A DNA stretch of 64,000 bases from Alphaproteobacteria bacterium (GCA_965225945.1 CBDDBZ010000034.1:288001-352000), one strand, 5' to 3'. Counted from the first letter of the stretch, positions 29,690 to 39,617 are shown. Program-made: numbers and translations. Notes: generated from the letters alone by a model not told the origin.

Positions 29690-30739
29690 ATGAGTGACGC
29701 CGCGCCCACCTCGATGACCAGCCGCGAACGGGTCCTGGCCGCGCTTCGGCGCGAGCCGGTCGATCGCACCCCGCTCTGCAATCCCACCTCGGTGGCGACG
29801 GTGGAGCTGATGGACCTGGTCGAGGCGCCCTTCCCGAAGGCCAACCAGGAGCCGGAGCTGATGGCGCGCCTCGCCGCCACCGGCCATACCGAACTCGGCT
29901 TCGACACCATCATGCCGGTGTTCTCGATCATCCAGGAATCCTCCGCGCTGGGCTGCAAGATGCAGTGGGAGCAGAAGGACAACTGGCCGACCGTCAGGAT
30001 GAACGAGCCGATCTGGCAAGGCCCCGACGACGTCCGCGTGCCCAACGACTTTCTGACCCACCGCGAGATGGCCTGCGTGTTGCAGGCAATCGGTATCCTG
30101 AAGCGCGAGTTCGGCGACGAGGTGGCGATCATCGGCAAGACCATGGGACCCTGGACGCTCGGCTATCACTGCTTCGGGGTCGAGCCCTTCTTGCTGATGA
30201 GCCTGGACGATCCGGGGCGCACCAAGCTCTGCCTCGACCGGATGAAGGAGATCACCGTGCAATTCGGGATCGCCCAGCTGGAGGCCGGCGCCGATGCGCT
30301 GACGCTGCCCGACCACGCCACCGGCGATCTGGTCTCCGGCGCCTATTACGAGCGCTTCCTGCTGGAACTCCACAAGGAGATGGTCCAGCGCATTCCGCTT
30401 CCCCTGATCTTGCACATCTGTGGCCGCACGGTCGATCGCATGGACTTCATCGCCCAGACCGGGATGGCCGCCTTCCACTACGATTCGAAGAACAAGCCGG
30501 GCGAATCGATGGCGATCTGCCGCGACCGCATCGCGCTGGTGGGCAATCTCAACAATCCCGAGACGCTGTTCGCGCGGGGGCCGGAGGAAGTCCGGGCCGA
30601 GGTCCTGGCCAACCTGGAGGCGGGCGTGGGGCTGATCGGGCCGGAGTGCGCCATCCCGCTGCAGACGCCGCTCGAGAATCTGCTGGAAATCTCGGCGACG
30701 GTGCGCGAGTGGCACGACGGCGGCGGCACCAGGCATTAA
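29690..30739 (+). CDS. MtaA/CmuA (URO-D fold) corrinoid methyltransferase
   Basis: RERVLAAL...DRTP, GPWTL, LHICG and GPECAIP Zn ligands. Confidence 0.88.
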   Translation: MSDAAPTSMTSRERVLAALRREPVDRTPLCNPTSVATVELMDLVEAPFPKANQEPELMARLAATGHTELGFDTIMPVFSIIQESSALGCKMQWEQKDNWPTVRMNEPIWQGPDDVRVPNDFLTHREMACVLQAIGILKREFGDEVAIIGKTMGPWTLGYHCFGVEPFLLMSLDDPGRTKLCLDRMKEITVQFGIAQLEAGADALTLPDHATGDLVSGAYYERFLLELHKEMVQRIPLPLILHICGRTVDRMDFIAQTGMAAFHYDSKNKPGESMAICRDRIALVGNLNNPETLFARGPEEVRAEVLANLEAGVGLIGPECAIPLQTPLENLLEISATVREWHDGGGTRH

Positions 30740-30780
30740 TCGCGGCACTTCTAATAGAGTAGGTATCGGGACGGGCGGGC

Positions 30781-31530
30781 ATGGCCGAACTCGGCGACAT
30801 TCAAAACGAAATCATCCGTGACGAGATCGAGGAGTTTCTGGAGCGCCCCGAGGAAATCGCGCGTTTCATCGACCTCTTCGCGGCCACTCGCCCCGAGATG
30901 CAGGAAATCGCGGTCGCCGTCATCGAGGGCGACCACCACGCCTCCGACAGCCTGACCACGGCCCAGCTCGCGGCCGGAACGGAAGCGCTGGAGATCATGG
31001 ACGACGGGCTGATCGCCGGCATGGGCATCGTCGGCATCAAGTTCCGCGAGAGCTTCATCTTCGTGCCGGAGGTGCTGGCCTGCGCCCGGGCGATGAAGGC
31101 CGGCATGGCGCATATCCGGCCGATCCTGTCTTCCTCCGGCATCGATCCGCTCGCCACCGTGATCATGGGCACGGTCAAGGGCGACCTGCACGACATCGGC
31201 AAGAACCTCTGCATCATGATGCTCCAGGGCTCCGGTTTCGAGGTGGTCGACCTCGGCGTCGATACCTCGGCGGACGAGTTCATCGACGCCATCGAGGAGC
31301 ATGGCGCGCCAATTCTGGGCATGTCGGCGCTGCTGACCACGACGATGCCGAATATGGGCCGGACCATCGAGGCGATCATCGACGCCGGGCTGCGCGACGA
31401 GGTGCAGATCATGGTCGGTGGCGCGCCGGTGACCCAGGAGTTCGCCGACGACATGGGCGCCGACGGCTATGGCAAGGACGCGCTCGACTGCGTCGCGCTG
31501 GCCAAATCGCTGATCGGCGCCGAGGGCTGA
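30781..31530 (+). CDS. Corrinoid (B12-binding) protein
   Basis: GTVKGDLHDIGKN (DxHxxG), SALLTTT, MVGGAPVT. Confidence 0.93.
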   Translation: MAELGDIQNEIIRDEIEEFLERPEEIARFIDLFAATRPEMQEIAVAVIEGDHHASDSLTTAQLAAGTEALEIMDDGLIAGMGIVGIKFRESFIFVPEVLACARAMKAGMAHIRPILSSSGIDPLATVIMGTVKGDLHDIGKNLCIMMLQGSGFEVVDLGVDTSADEFIDAIEEHGAPILGMSALLTTTMPNMGRTIEAIIDAGLRDEVQIMVGGAPVTQEFADDMGADGYGKDALDCVALAKSLIGAEG

Positions 31531-31539
31531 GCGCCGCCC

Positions 31540-31878
31540 ATGGCCAAGATCGATAAGGCGGACTACCAGCGGCGCATCGAGCGGATGAGCAAGATCTTCG
31601 CCGACATCGCGGGCCAAGCGAGCGAGCTCAGCCGCGAGCGCTGCCCCTACCGCGACCGCCACGACATCTGCACCGCCGAATTTCGCTGCCGCAACCAGCA
31701 GCCGGAGACGGCGGCCGGCATCGTTTGCGGCCACCAGGGCGGCTTCGACTACCGCGACGCCTGGGAGAGCGATCCGCTGGCCTGGGAGCGCGCCAAAAAG
31801 CGGATCGCCCGCAACAAGGAGCGCGCCGAGGCGCGTCGCCGGGCCCGTGCCGAACGCGGCGCCGACGACACCGATTGA
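31540..31878 (+). CDS. Small 4-Cys hypothetical protein
   Basis: RCPYRDRHDICTAEFRCRNQ...C; operonic. Confidence 0.7.
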   Translation: MAKIDKADYQRRIERMSKIFADIAGQASELSRERCPYRDRHDICTAEFRCRNQQPETAAGIVCGHQGGFDYRDAWESDPLAWERAKKRIARNKERAEARRRARAERGADDTD

Positions 31879-31900
31879 TGCCAATGGGCCTAAGTCCCGA

Positions 31901-32137
31901 CCGCCCCGCTCCCCCGGCCCTCTTTGTCGATGGCCGCTCGTGCGGCCCGCCGGGGCCTCCCGCTCCCCCGCCCAACCACCCAGGAGCGGGAGGCCCCGGC
32001 GGCGAGTCGGGATCGGCCCGGCGCGCCGCATGGCCCGGCCGGCCCGCTTGGGTGGTTGGGCGGGGGAGCGGGCCGGCCGGGCCATGCCACGCGAACGCGT
32101 GGCGACGAATAACTCGTTGGCCGGGGGAGCGGGGCGG
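31901..32137. repeat. Nested palindromic REPIN/MITE-like insert
   Basis: 19-bp outer IR, 24-bp inner IR, and two local hairpins (17 and 21 bp). Confidence 0.8.
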
Positions 32138-32155
32138 CACGGGGCCTCGTCATTC

Positions 32156-33853
32156 ATGGCGGTTGGAGTGATGGCGGCGGCGAGAACCGGTCAACCGCCG
32201 GCCGCCGGGCGCACCCTCTTCGACCGCGCCGACGAGCTCGGCTTCACGGTGGCGAGTTCCTGCGGCCGCACCGGCCGGTGTCACGAATGCGTGGTCGAGG
32301 TGCGGGACGGCATGGCGGCGCTCGGGGAGAGGACGGAAGCGGAAGCCTTCCTACGCGGCGATTATCGCCTGGCCTGCCAAAGCGTCATCGAGGGCCAAGA
32401 GGGAGAGATCGACTTCGAGCCGCTCAGGCGGGCGTCCAGGATCCTCACCGAAACCCGCGTCAAGCCGGAGCTCCGCCTCGATCCCGTCGCCACGCGGCAG
32501 GGCGACGAGGTGCTCTATGACGCTGACGTGGTCGACCGCTATCGCGGTCACATTTTCGGCCTCGCGGTCGACCTCGGCACGACCACCGTGGCCTTGGAAC
32601 TGGTGGACCTCGAAACCGGCCGCACGCTCGCCACCCGCGCCTTCGAGAATCCGCAAACCTTCGGCGGCAGCGACATCATGGGCCGCATCAGCTACGAAGC
32701 CGAGGTCGGCCAGGGGGCGCTACGCAAGGCCGTGGTCGGCGTCCTCAACCAGACGATCCAGGGGCTCGCCCGCGAGCACGGCTTCCATCGCCGGGAAATC
32801 TACGAGATCACGGTGGCCGGCAACTCGACCATGCGGGACATCCTGTTCGGCGTCGACGTGCAGCCGATCGGCCAGAAGCCCTACAAGTCGCGGATCGAGC
32901 TCGCCTATCTGGCGGGCCGGCGAGAGCGGACGAGCCTGCTGGCCGAGACCCGGGAGCTGGGCCTGGTGGCCGGCCGACGGACCAAGGTCTACGGCCTGCC
33001 GCTGGTGGCGAGCCATGTCGGGGCCGACGCGGCGGCCGACCTCGCCGCCCTCGACTTCGCGCTCGAGATCGACGACGGCGGTGCGCGGATGCTGATCGAC
33101 ATCGGCACCAACACCGAGGTCGTGATCGGGCGAGGCGGCCATCTGATCGCCGCCTCCTGCCCGGCCGGGCCGGCCTTCGAGGGCGGCCTCGTCAGCTACG
33201 GGATGGCGGCGGCGGATGGCGCGGTGGAGCGGCTCAGCCTCGATTGCCGGGGGCGCGTCGAGCAATGCAGCGTCATCGGCGACGCGACGCCGGTCGGCCT
33301 TTGCGGCTCGGCCCTCGTGGACGCGCTGGCCGAGCTTCGCCGGGGCGGGCTGATGACCGAGAAGGGGGTCTTCACCGCCGATCGCAAGCTCGGCGAGATC
33401 GCCCTTTTCCCCGACCTCGCCATCACCCTTTCGAAACAGGACATCGGCAATCTGGGCCAGGCCAAGGCGGCGAACTACTGCGGCCAGTTCATCCTGCTGC
33501 GCGCGCTGGGCATCGATCCGGGCGCGCTCGAGCGGGTCTATCTCGCCGGTGGCTTCGCCAACTATATCGACGTCGAGAACGCGATCCGCATCGGCCTGCT
33601 GGCCCCGGTGGCGCCGGAACGGGTCGAGCGGATCGGCAACGCGGCGCTGCAGGGCGCGCGGGAAGTCCTGCTGTCGCGCACCAAGCGAGCGCGCCTGGAA
33701 GCGCTGGTCCGCCGAATCGAGCACGTCGAATTGGAGACGACCGACGATTTCTTCGAGATCTTCGTCGACGGCTGCCAGTTCAAGCCGATGCCGGCGGTCC
33801 TGGACGGGACGGGCGCGAGCGCTCGGCAAGGCGCGAAGCCAGGGGGGGAGTAA
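32156..33853 (+). CDS. ASKHA/RACo corrinoid activation enzyme with a 2Fe-2S domain
   Basis: SCGRTGRCHEC, RLACQ, VDLGTTT, DIGTNTE, AGPAFEG, LAGGFANY. Confidence 0.9.
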   Translation: MAVGVMAAARTGQPPAAGRTLFDRADELGFTVASSCGRTGRCHECVVEVRDGMAALGERTEAEAFLRGDYRLACQSVIEGQEGEIDFEPLRRASRILTETRVKPELRLDPVATRQGDEVLYDADVVDRYRGHIFGLAVDLGTTTVALELVDLETGRTLATRAFENPQTFGGSDIMGRISYEAEVGQGALRKAVVGVLNQTIQGLAREHGFHRREIYEITVAGNSTMRDILFGVDVQPIGQKPYKSRIELAYLAGRRERTSLLAETRELGLVAGRRTKVYGLPLVASHVGADAAADLAALDFALEIDDGGARMLIDIGTNTEVVIGRGGHLIAASCPAGPAFEGGLVSYGMAAADGAVERLSLDCRGRVEQCSVIGDATPVGLCGSALVDALAELRRGGLMTEKGVFTADRKLGEIALFPDLAITLSKQDIGNLGQAKAANYCGQFILLRALGIDPGALERVYLAGGFANYIDVENAIRIGLLAPVAPERVERIGNAALQGAREVLLSRTKRARLEALVRRIEHVELETTDDFFEIFVDGCQFKPMPAVLDGTGASARQGAKPGGE

Positions 33854-33857
33854 CGCG

Positions 33858-34907
33858 ATGGACGCTCGCCAAGTGGCCGACTTCATCATCATCGGCGAGA
33901 ACGTTCACACCACGCGGGTGCTGCTGCGCAAGGGGCCTCGGATCGCCCGCGGCGAGGGTGGCGAAGCGATCCTGTTCGACGCCACGGCGCCCGAAGGCCG
34001 CGCGCTGCCGATCCCCGCCCGCTATCACGACACCCAGGATTTCTCCGAGGGTCGGGTCAAGCACGTCAAGATAGCCATCGAGGCGGCGATGGCCGGGGAT
34101 GGAACGGGTCTCGACTACATCGCCCGTCTGGTGGCACTGCAAGAGGCGGCCGGCGCGCGCTATCTCGACCTCAACGTCGATGAGATCTCGGTCAAGTTGG
34201 ACGAGCAGAAGGCGGCGATAGCCTGGCTGGTGGGCGCGATCGAGGGCATGACCGGGCTCGCGTTATCGATCGATTCCTCCAATATCGAGGTCTTGGAGAG
34301 CGGCCTCGCCGCCTGTGATGGGAGCCGCGCGCCCCCGCTGCTGAATTCCGCCTCGCGGGAGCGAATGGCGGCGCTCGACCTCGCGCGAGAAAGCGGCGCC
34401 TCGGTCATCGTCACGGCCGCCGGCGAGAAGGGCATGCCGGCGGGCCCGGACGATCGGCTGGAGAACGCCGGCATCATGATCGACGCGGCCCGAGCGCGCG
34501 GCTTCGCGCTTGGGGAGATCCACGTCGACCCGCTGATCTTCCCGATCTCGGTCGACGGCGCCTTCGGCGAGCACAGCCTGGAGGCGATCCGCCGGCTGCG
34601 CGCCGAATTTGGCCCGGAACTCCACATCACCGGGGGCATGAGCAACGTTTCCTTCGGCATCCCGGCGCGCAAGATCATCAACAACATGTTCCTGATCATG
34701 GCGATCGAGGCCGGTGCCGACAGCGGTATCGTCGATCCGGTGGCGAGCCGAATCGCCGAATTGCCGTCGCTCGAGCGTGCCTCGTCAACCTATGCGCTGG
34801 CGGAGGACGTGTTGCGGGGCCGCGACGCGTTCTGCGCCGGCTTCATCGCCGCCTGGCGCCAAGGCGAACTCGAAGGCGTGGCACCTCCGAGACAACGCAA
34901 GCGCTGA
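33858..34907 (+). CDS. Pterin-binding methylcobalamin:THF methyltransferase (AcsE/MetH-like)
   Basis: IIGENVH, LDLNVD, SIDSSN, LLNS, VDPLIFP, GGMSNVSFG. Confidence 0.88.
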   Translation: MDARQVADFIIIGENVHTTRVLLRKGPRIARGEGGEAILFDATAPEGRALPIPARYHDTQDFSEGRVKHVKIAIEAAMAGDGTGLDYIARLVALQEAAGARYLDLNVDEISVKLDEQKAAIAWLVGAIEGMTGLALSIDSSNIEVLESGLAACDGSRAPPLLNSASRERMAALDLARESGASVIVTAAGEKGMPAGPDDRLENAGIMIDAARARGFALGEIHVDPLIFPISVDGAFGEHSLEAIRRLRAEFGPELHITGGMSNVSFGIPARKIINNMFLIMAIEAGADSGIVDPVASRIAELPSLERASSTYALAEDVLRGRDAFCAGFIAAWRQGELEGVAPPRQRKR

Positions 34908-34909
34908 GG

Positions 34910-35090
34910 CGAGCCGCCTGTGTTCGCCTACCGCACCATCGTCGCCGAGGACTGCTGCGGCGACCGCGCGATTCCGCCGCACAAGGCCAACCTGTTCGAC
35001 ATGGGACAGAAATATGCCAACCTGACGAGTGGCGAGGAGGCGCTGGCCAAGGCCCGCGCCGCGACGGCGGCCAATGCACCCGCAGCCTGA
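34910..35090 (+). pseudogene. Isochorismatase-family C-terminal remnant
   Basis: YRTIVAEDCCGDRAIPPHKANLFDMGQKYA. Confidence 0.75.
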
Positions 35091-35108
35091 AGGAACGAGG
35101 AAACCGTA

Positions 35109-35453
35109 ATGACCATCAAGCGTCACCACGTCGGCCCGATGATGAGCCGGATCGTCGAGACCGGCGATACCGTCTATCTCCAGGGCCTCACCGCCGACGA
35201 CAAGTCGGGCACCATCGAGGCGCAGACGGCGAACGTGCTGGGCAAGATCGACGGCCTGCTGGCCGAGGCCGGCACCGACAAATCGAAACTGCTGAGCGCC
35301 ACGATCTACGTCTCCGAATTATCGCTTCGGCCCCGGATGAACGAGGTCTGGGGCGCCTGGATCGACCCCGAGAACCCGCCGATCCGGGCCTGCGTCGGGG
35401 TCGAGCTCGACGGCGAGACCAGGGTCGAGATCGTCGTCACCGCGCTGAAGTAG
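35109..35453 (+). CDS. RidA family protein
   Basis: VYLQG, GTDKSKLLSATIY, MNEVW, PIRACV, VEIVVTA. Confidence 0.9.
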   Translation: MTIKRHHVGPMMSRIVETGDTVYLQGLTADDKSGTIEAQTANVLGKIDGLLAEAGTDKSKLLSATIYVSELSLRPRMNEVWGAWIDPENPPIRACVGVELDGETRVEIVVTALK

Positions 35454-35492
35454 CGGCCGAGTCCGGATCGAGGCCGGCCGGCGGACCGCGCC

Positions 35493-36143
35493 TCAGGAGA
35501 AATGCCGCGCCCATACGGCGGCGCAGGCGGGTCGTTCGGCGACCGCCGCCGTGAGGCGCTCGACCTTGGGGATGTGGGCCGGGCGCCAGTCGTCCTGTTG
35601 CGCCCACCGGCTGACGACGGCGATGTAGAGATCGCTCAGGCAGAAGCCGCGATCGAGCAGGTAGGGGTCGCCGGAGATATGGTCTTCGACGATTCCCCAG
35701 CGTTCGCGCCAGATCCGGCGGGCGATCTCCCGCACCGAACCGGCGCCCTCGGCCGGCTCCGGTGCGAAGCGCTCGGGATAATCGTTGATCTCGACGATCG
35801 GGTAGATCTCGGTCGCGATGAACATGAGCCAGCGTAGCGCCTGCGCGTGTTCGCGCGAGCGCGGCGGCGCCATGAGCTTCGCCTCGCGATGGTGCTGGTC
35901 GAGGGTCAGGAGGATCGCCACCGATTCCGTCAACGTCTCCCCGTTGGCCATGACCAGGGCGGGAATCTTTCGTTGCGGATTGCGCGCGGCATAGGCCGCG
36001 TCACGTTGTTGGTTCGAGCCGATGTCGACGTCTCGAACCTCGTAGCGCGCGCCGATCTCGGCGAGCGCGAGTTCCACGATGCACGACCCCGATCGAGGGC
36101 ATCCATAGAGAATATAGGACACGCGAAGGACCTCCTGGATCAT
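35493..36143 (-). CDS. Glutathione S-transferase family protein
   Basis: NPQRKIPAL, LTESVAIL, LSDLY. Confidence 0.9.
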   Translation of the reverse strand: MIQEVLRVSYILYGCPRSGSCIVELALAEIGARYEVRDVDIGSNQQRDAAYAARNPQRKIPALVMANGETLTESVAILLTLDQHHREAKLMAPPRSREHAQALRWLMFIATEIYPIVEINDYPERFAPEPAEGAGSVREIARRIWRERWGIVEDHISGDPYLLDRGFCLSDLYIAVVSRWAQQDDWRPAHIPKVERLTAAVAERPACAAVWARHFS

Positions 36144-36155
36144 GCCTCGCCATGC

Positions 36156-36374
36156 TCAGTCCTCGGCGCCCTCTCGGGGTGGCGCCTCGCTGCGCTGGCC
36201 GCCCTTGTTGTTGCCGGCCTCGGGGAACAGCCAAATGGCGAAAACCATGAACAAACCCAAGGCCGGCGCCAGCCACTGGTTCACCGATTGCCCGATTCCG
36301 CCCTGCCAGTAGCCGATGACGGCGCCGACCACCACGAGGATCACCGAAAGCGCGATTTTGATGTTCGAGGGCAT
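36156..36374 (-). CDS. Small 2-TM membrane protein
   Basis: MPSNIKIALSVILVVVGAVIG...ALGLFMVFAIWLFPE. Confidence 0.65.
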   Translation of the reverse strand: MPSNIKIALSVILVVVGAVIGYWQGGIGQSVNQWLAPALGLFMVFAIWLFPEAGNNKGGQRSEAPPREGAED

Positions 36375-36510
36375 GGTTTCTCTCCCCCCTCGCCCTGGAT
36401 TACGTCCGACGGATCGGATTGGCGCTGGGAATGCGGTCCGAATTTTGGCATGATCCCCCGGCCGGCGGCAATCCAAGGACGACGGCCGGAAGATCGGCGG
36501 AGAGAGCACC

Positions 36511-37314
36511 ATGAACGCGACGATGGACACCACCACGGCCCCGGGGGTCGACCCGCTGGAGTTCGCCACCTCGCCGATGTCGGCGCGCCAGCGCGACTAT
36601 CGCGCGATCTACCGCCAGCGGATCGCCACCTGGTACAACGGCTATCTCCACGTCGCCGTGATCTACGCGATCGGCGCGATGGCGATGTATATCTACATCA
36701 CCAACATCGGCGGCGTCGCCTGGTGGGAATGGCTGACGATCCCGGTCGTCTTCCTGGCGTGCAACGTCTTCGAATGGCTCCTGCACCGCCATGTGATGCA
36801 CCGGCCGCAGAAGAATCCCGGGCTGCGGGCGATCTACACCCGCCACACCCTGATGCACCACCAGTTCTTCACCGATAACGAGATGCGCTTCGCCGGCCAT
36901 CACGACTGGCGGGTCACGGTGTTTCCGCCCTATGCGCTCTGCATCTTCGTCCTGATGTCGATCCCGGGCGCGCTGGTGGTCGGCCTGCTCACCACCGCCA
37001 ACGTCGGCTGGCTGGTGATGTGTACGACGACCAGCGTTTACCTGATATACGAGTTCATGCACTTTTGTTGCCACGTGGACGACAACTGGGTGGTCCGCAA
37101 TACGCCCTTCGTCAACACCATCCGCCGCCATCACGCCGCCCATCATAACATGGGCATCATGATGGACCGGAACATGAACCTGACCTTCCCGATCAGCGAC
37201 TGCCTGTTCGGTACTTCCGATCTTGACCGGGGTCTGCTGGGCACGCTGTTCAACGGCTACGACGAGAGCCACCTCCGCCCGGACATGAAGAAGACCCGCC
37301 ACGGCGCCGGCTGA
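36511..37314 (+). CDS. Fatty acid hydroxylase / sterol desaturase family protein
   Basis: His boxes HRHVMH, HTLMHH, HFCCH, HHAAHH. Confidence 0.88.
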   Translation: MNATMDTTTAPGVDPLEFATSPMSARQRDYRAIYRQRIATWYNGYLHVAVIYAIGAMAMYIYITNIGGVAWWEWLTIPVVFLACNVFEWLLHRHVMHRPQKNPGLRAIYTRHTLMHHQFFTDNEMRFAGHHDWRVTVFPPYALCIFVLMSIPGALVVGLLTTANVGWLVMCTTTSVYLIYEFMHFCCHVDDNWVVRNTPFVNTIRRHHAAHHNMGIMMDRNMNLTFPISDCLFGTSDLDRGLLGTLFNGYDESHLRPDMKKTRHGAG

Positions 37315-37381
37315 GGACGGGACCGGCCGCGACGACCGCTATCGCGTTCGCTCGCTTGCCGGCCTCCCGCGTCCACGCGCC

Positions 37382-38392
37382 TCAGGCGCCGCCGTTCGCC
37401 CGCTGGAGGCGTTCCGTGATCCGCGCCTCGGATTCGGGCGTGCCGTCGTGCCAGGTGCCGAACCACCTGTCCAACGGGATGGTGCCGTCGCCGCCGTAAT
37501 TGCACTCGAAGTGCTTGTGATGGAGCGCATGGAAATAACGCTGCCCCAACGACATCCTCTTGCCGTTCGCGAGTTCCATCTCGTCGAACCCCAGGTGCCC
37601 GAGCGCCGGCGATAGAATCAGGTGCTGCACGTGGAAGACCAAGTGTACGGGATGCGTGGCCACGACCCAATGGAGCAGTAAGGCGGTATAGAAGATCATA
37701 TGCTCTACCGGGTGCATCGAATTCCCGCTCCAGGGCCCGGTGTCCACGTTCTTGTGGTGGAGATAGTGGGCGGTCCGATAAAGAAAGCGGTAGTGCAGCA
37801 GGCGGTGGATGAAATAGAAGTGCACGTCGCGATAGATCGGCAGCAGGCAGAAGATCAGCACGAAGACGACGGGATGGGCTTCCCAACTCAGGTAGGGAAT
37901 GTAGCCGTTGGCCATGGCCCAGAACGTCACCACCTCGTAGGCGGTGAGGATGCCGCAGCCGCTGACGACGCTCCAGAACATGTTGTCCCAGATCTGCCTG
38001 CCGAACAGGAAGCGCCGATGCTGGGCCAAGGGCACCTCCTTGTTCATCATGAAACGGTCGCCCTGGGCGCGGCGAATATAGAACCTGAAATGCCACGCGC
38101 CGCAGACCAGGAACATGAGGCCGACGTTGAGCGCCAGGAGATGCGCGATCCAGTCGAGCCCGAAGGTCTTCATCGTCTCCAGGGGCGGCATCAGGATAAA
38201 CCACGTGGCGAAGGCCAGGGCGTAATAAAGGGCGTTCCAGGGTAGGAAATAGCCCGGAAAGCCGAAGAAGTACCGGAGCAACGCCCTGGGCCTCGGCGGC
38301 CAGACGCAGATGGGCGCGGGCACGAGCGGCGTCGCCGGCTTCCAATCCTCGGCCGGCTCCCTCACATGATCATCGAACGTCGTCTCGGCCAT
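37382..38392 (-). CDS. Sterol desaturase family protein
   Basis: HFYFIHRLLH, HYLHH, SMHPVE, HALHH. Confidence 0.9.
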   Translation of the reverse strand: MAETTFDDHVREPAEDWKPATPLVPAPICVWPPRPRALLRYFFGFPGYFLPWNALYYALAFATWFILMPPLETMKTFGLDWIAHLLALNVGLMFLVCGAWHFRFYIRRAQGDRFMMNKEVPLAQHRRFLFGRQIWDNMFWSVVSGCGILTAYEVVTFWAMANGYIPYLSWEAHPVVFVLIFCLLPIYRDVHFYFIHRLLHYRFLYRTAHYLHHKNVDTGPWSGNSMHPVEHMIFYTALLLHWVVATHPVHLVFHVQHLILSPALGHLGFDEMELANGKRMSLGQRYFHALHHKHFECNYGGDGTIPLDRWFGTWHDGTPESEARITERLQRANGGA

Positions 38393-38432
38393 CTCGCGGG
38401 TTCTCCCGTCTCGAATCCCATGGGCAATGATA

Positions 38433-39617
38433 TCAGATCACGCGGGCCTCTCGTAGGCCGGCAATCTCCTCGGCGCCGTAGCCGAGGGTTTGCAGTATTT
38501 CATCGGTGTGCTCGCCCAGCAGCGGGGCCCGGTGGCGGATCTCGCCCGGCGTCTCAGAGAGCTTGACCGGGGTCTGGGCCAGCGGCGCCGGCCGCGAGGT
38601 GCCGGGAAATTCGACCTCCTGCAGGAAGCCCGTGGCCTGGACGTGGGGGTCCTCCAGCGCTTGGCTCGGGCTATTCACCGGGCCGCCCGGAAGCCGCGCC
38701 TCCTCCAGCGCCGCCAGGGCTTCCGCATTGCTCCGCTCGGCGCACCACACGCCCATCCGCTCGGAGATGATCTCGCCGTGGTCGCCACGAGAATCGTCGT
38801 TGGCAAAGCGCGGATCGGTGAGCCAGCTATCCTCCCCCATCAGCTCGGCCCAGCGCTCGAACAGCGGCTGGCCGATGGTCTGGACGATGATCCAGCCGTC
38901 CTTGGTCCGGTAGATGTCGGACGGACCGCCGTTGTAGCCCCTGTTGCCGATCGCCTGGCGGTTCTTCCCCACCATCGCCTGCTCGGCGATCATGGCGTTG
39001 TGGAAGGCGAGCGCGGTCTTGAGCAGCGCGCCCTCGACCATTTGGCCCTTGCCGCTTCTGTGGCGTTCCAGCAGGGCGTTCATGGTCCCGAAGGCGGACA
39101 GCGAGGCGGTGCCGAAGTCGACCCAGGGCGCCTCCGACTTCACCGGCTGGCCCGGAGTGCCGCCGAGATAGACCGAGCCGCACATCGCTTGCGCGATGCC
39201 GTCGAAGCCGACCCGCGTGGCATACGGCCCTTCCGAGCCGAAGGCGGAGACGGTGGTGAGGATGATGTCCTGCTTGATCGCCTTCAGGCTGTCGTAATCG
39301 ATTCCCATGGCGATCAAGCTCTCGTACGGCAGATTGGCGACCACGACGTCGGCGGTGGCCACCAGCTTTTTGACGATCTCGCGTCCCTCCGGGCGCATCG
39401 GATTCAAGGTCATGCCGCGCTTGTTGCGGTTCATCGCCAGGAAAATGGCGCCCTCGCCGCCCTCGGCGACCGGCAGCAGATAACGGTCCTCGCTGCCCCG
39501 GGTCTTCTCGATCCGGATCACCTCGGCGCCCATGTCGCCCAGAAGCGTCGCGCAATAGGGGCCGGCGATGTAGCGGCCGAAATCCAACACCCTGATACCG
39601 TCGAGCACGCCGGGCAT
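38433..39617 (-). CDS. CaiB/BaiF CoA transferase
   Basis: LDGIRVLDF, MGAEVIRIE, NRNKRG, APLLGEHT. Confidence 0.93.
   Translation of the reverse strand: MPGVLDGIRVLDFGRYIAGPYCATLLGDMGAEVIRIEKTRGSEDRYLLPVAEGGEGAIFLAMNRNKRGMTLNPMRPEGREIVKKLVATADVVVANLPYESLIAMGIDYDSLKAIKQDIILTTVSAFGSEGPYATRVGFDGIAQAMCGSVYLGGTPGQPVKSEAPWVDFGTASLSAFGTMNALLERHRSGKGQMVEGALLKTALAFHNAMIAEQAMVGKNRQAIGNRGYNGGPSDIYRTKDGWIIVQTIGQPLFERWAELMGEDSWLTDPRFANDDSRGDHGEIISERMGVWCAERSNAEALAALEEARLPGGPVNSPSQALEDPHVQATGFLQEVEFPGTSRPAPLAQTPVKLSETPGEIRHRAPLLGEHTDEILQTLGYGAEEIAGLREARVI

Noticed and set aside
29690-34907. Methanogenesis or Wood-Ljungdahl pathway
   Set aside because: No mcr, acs/cdh or CoM genes; only the methyl-transfer module is present.
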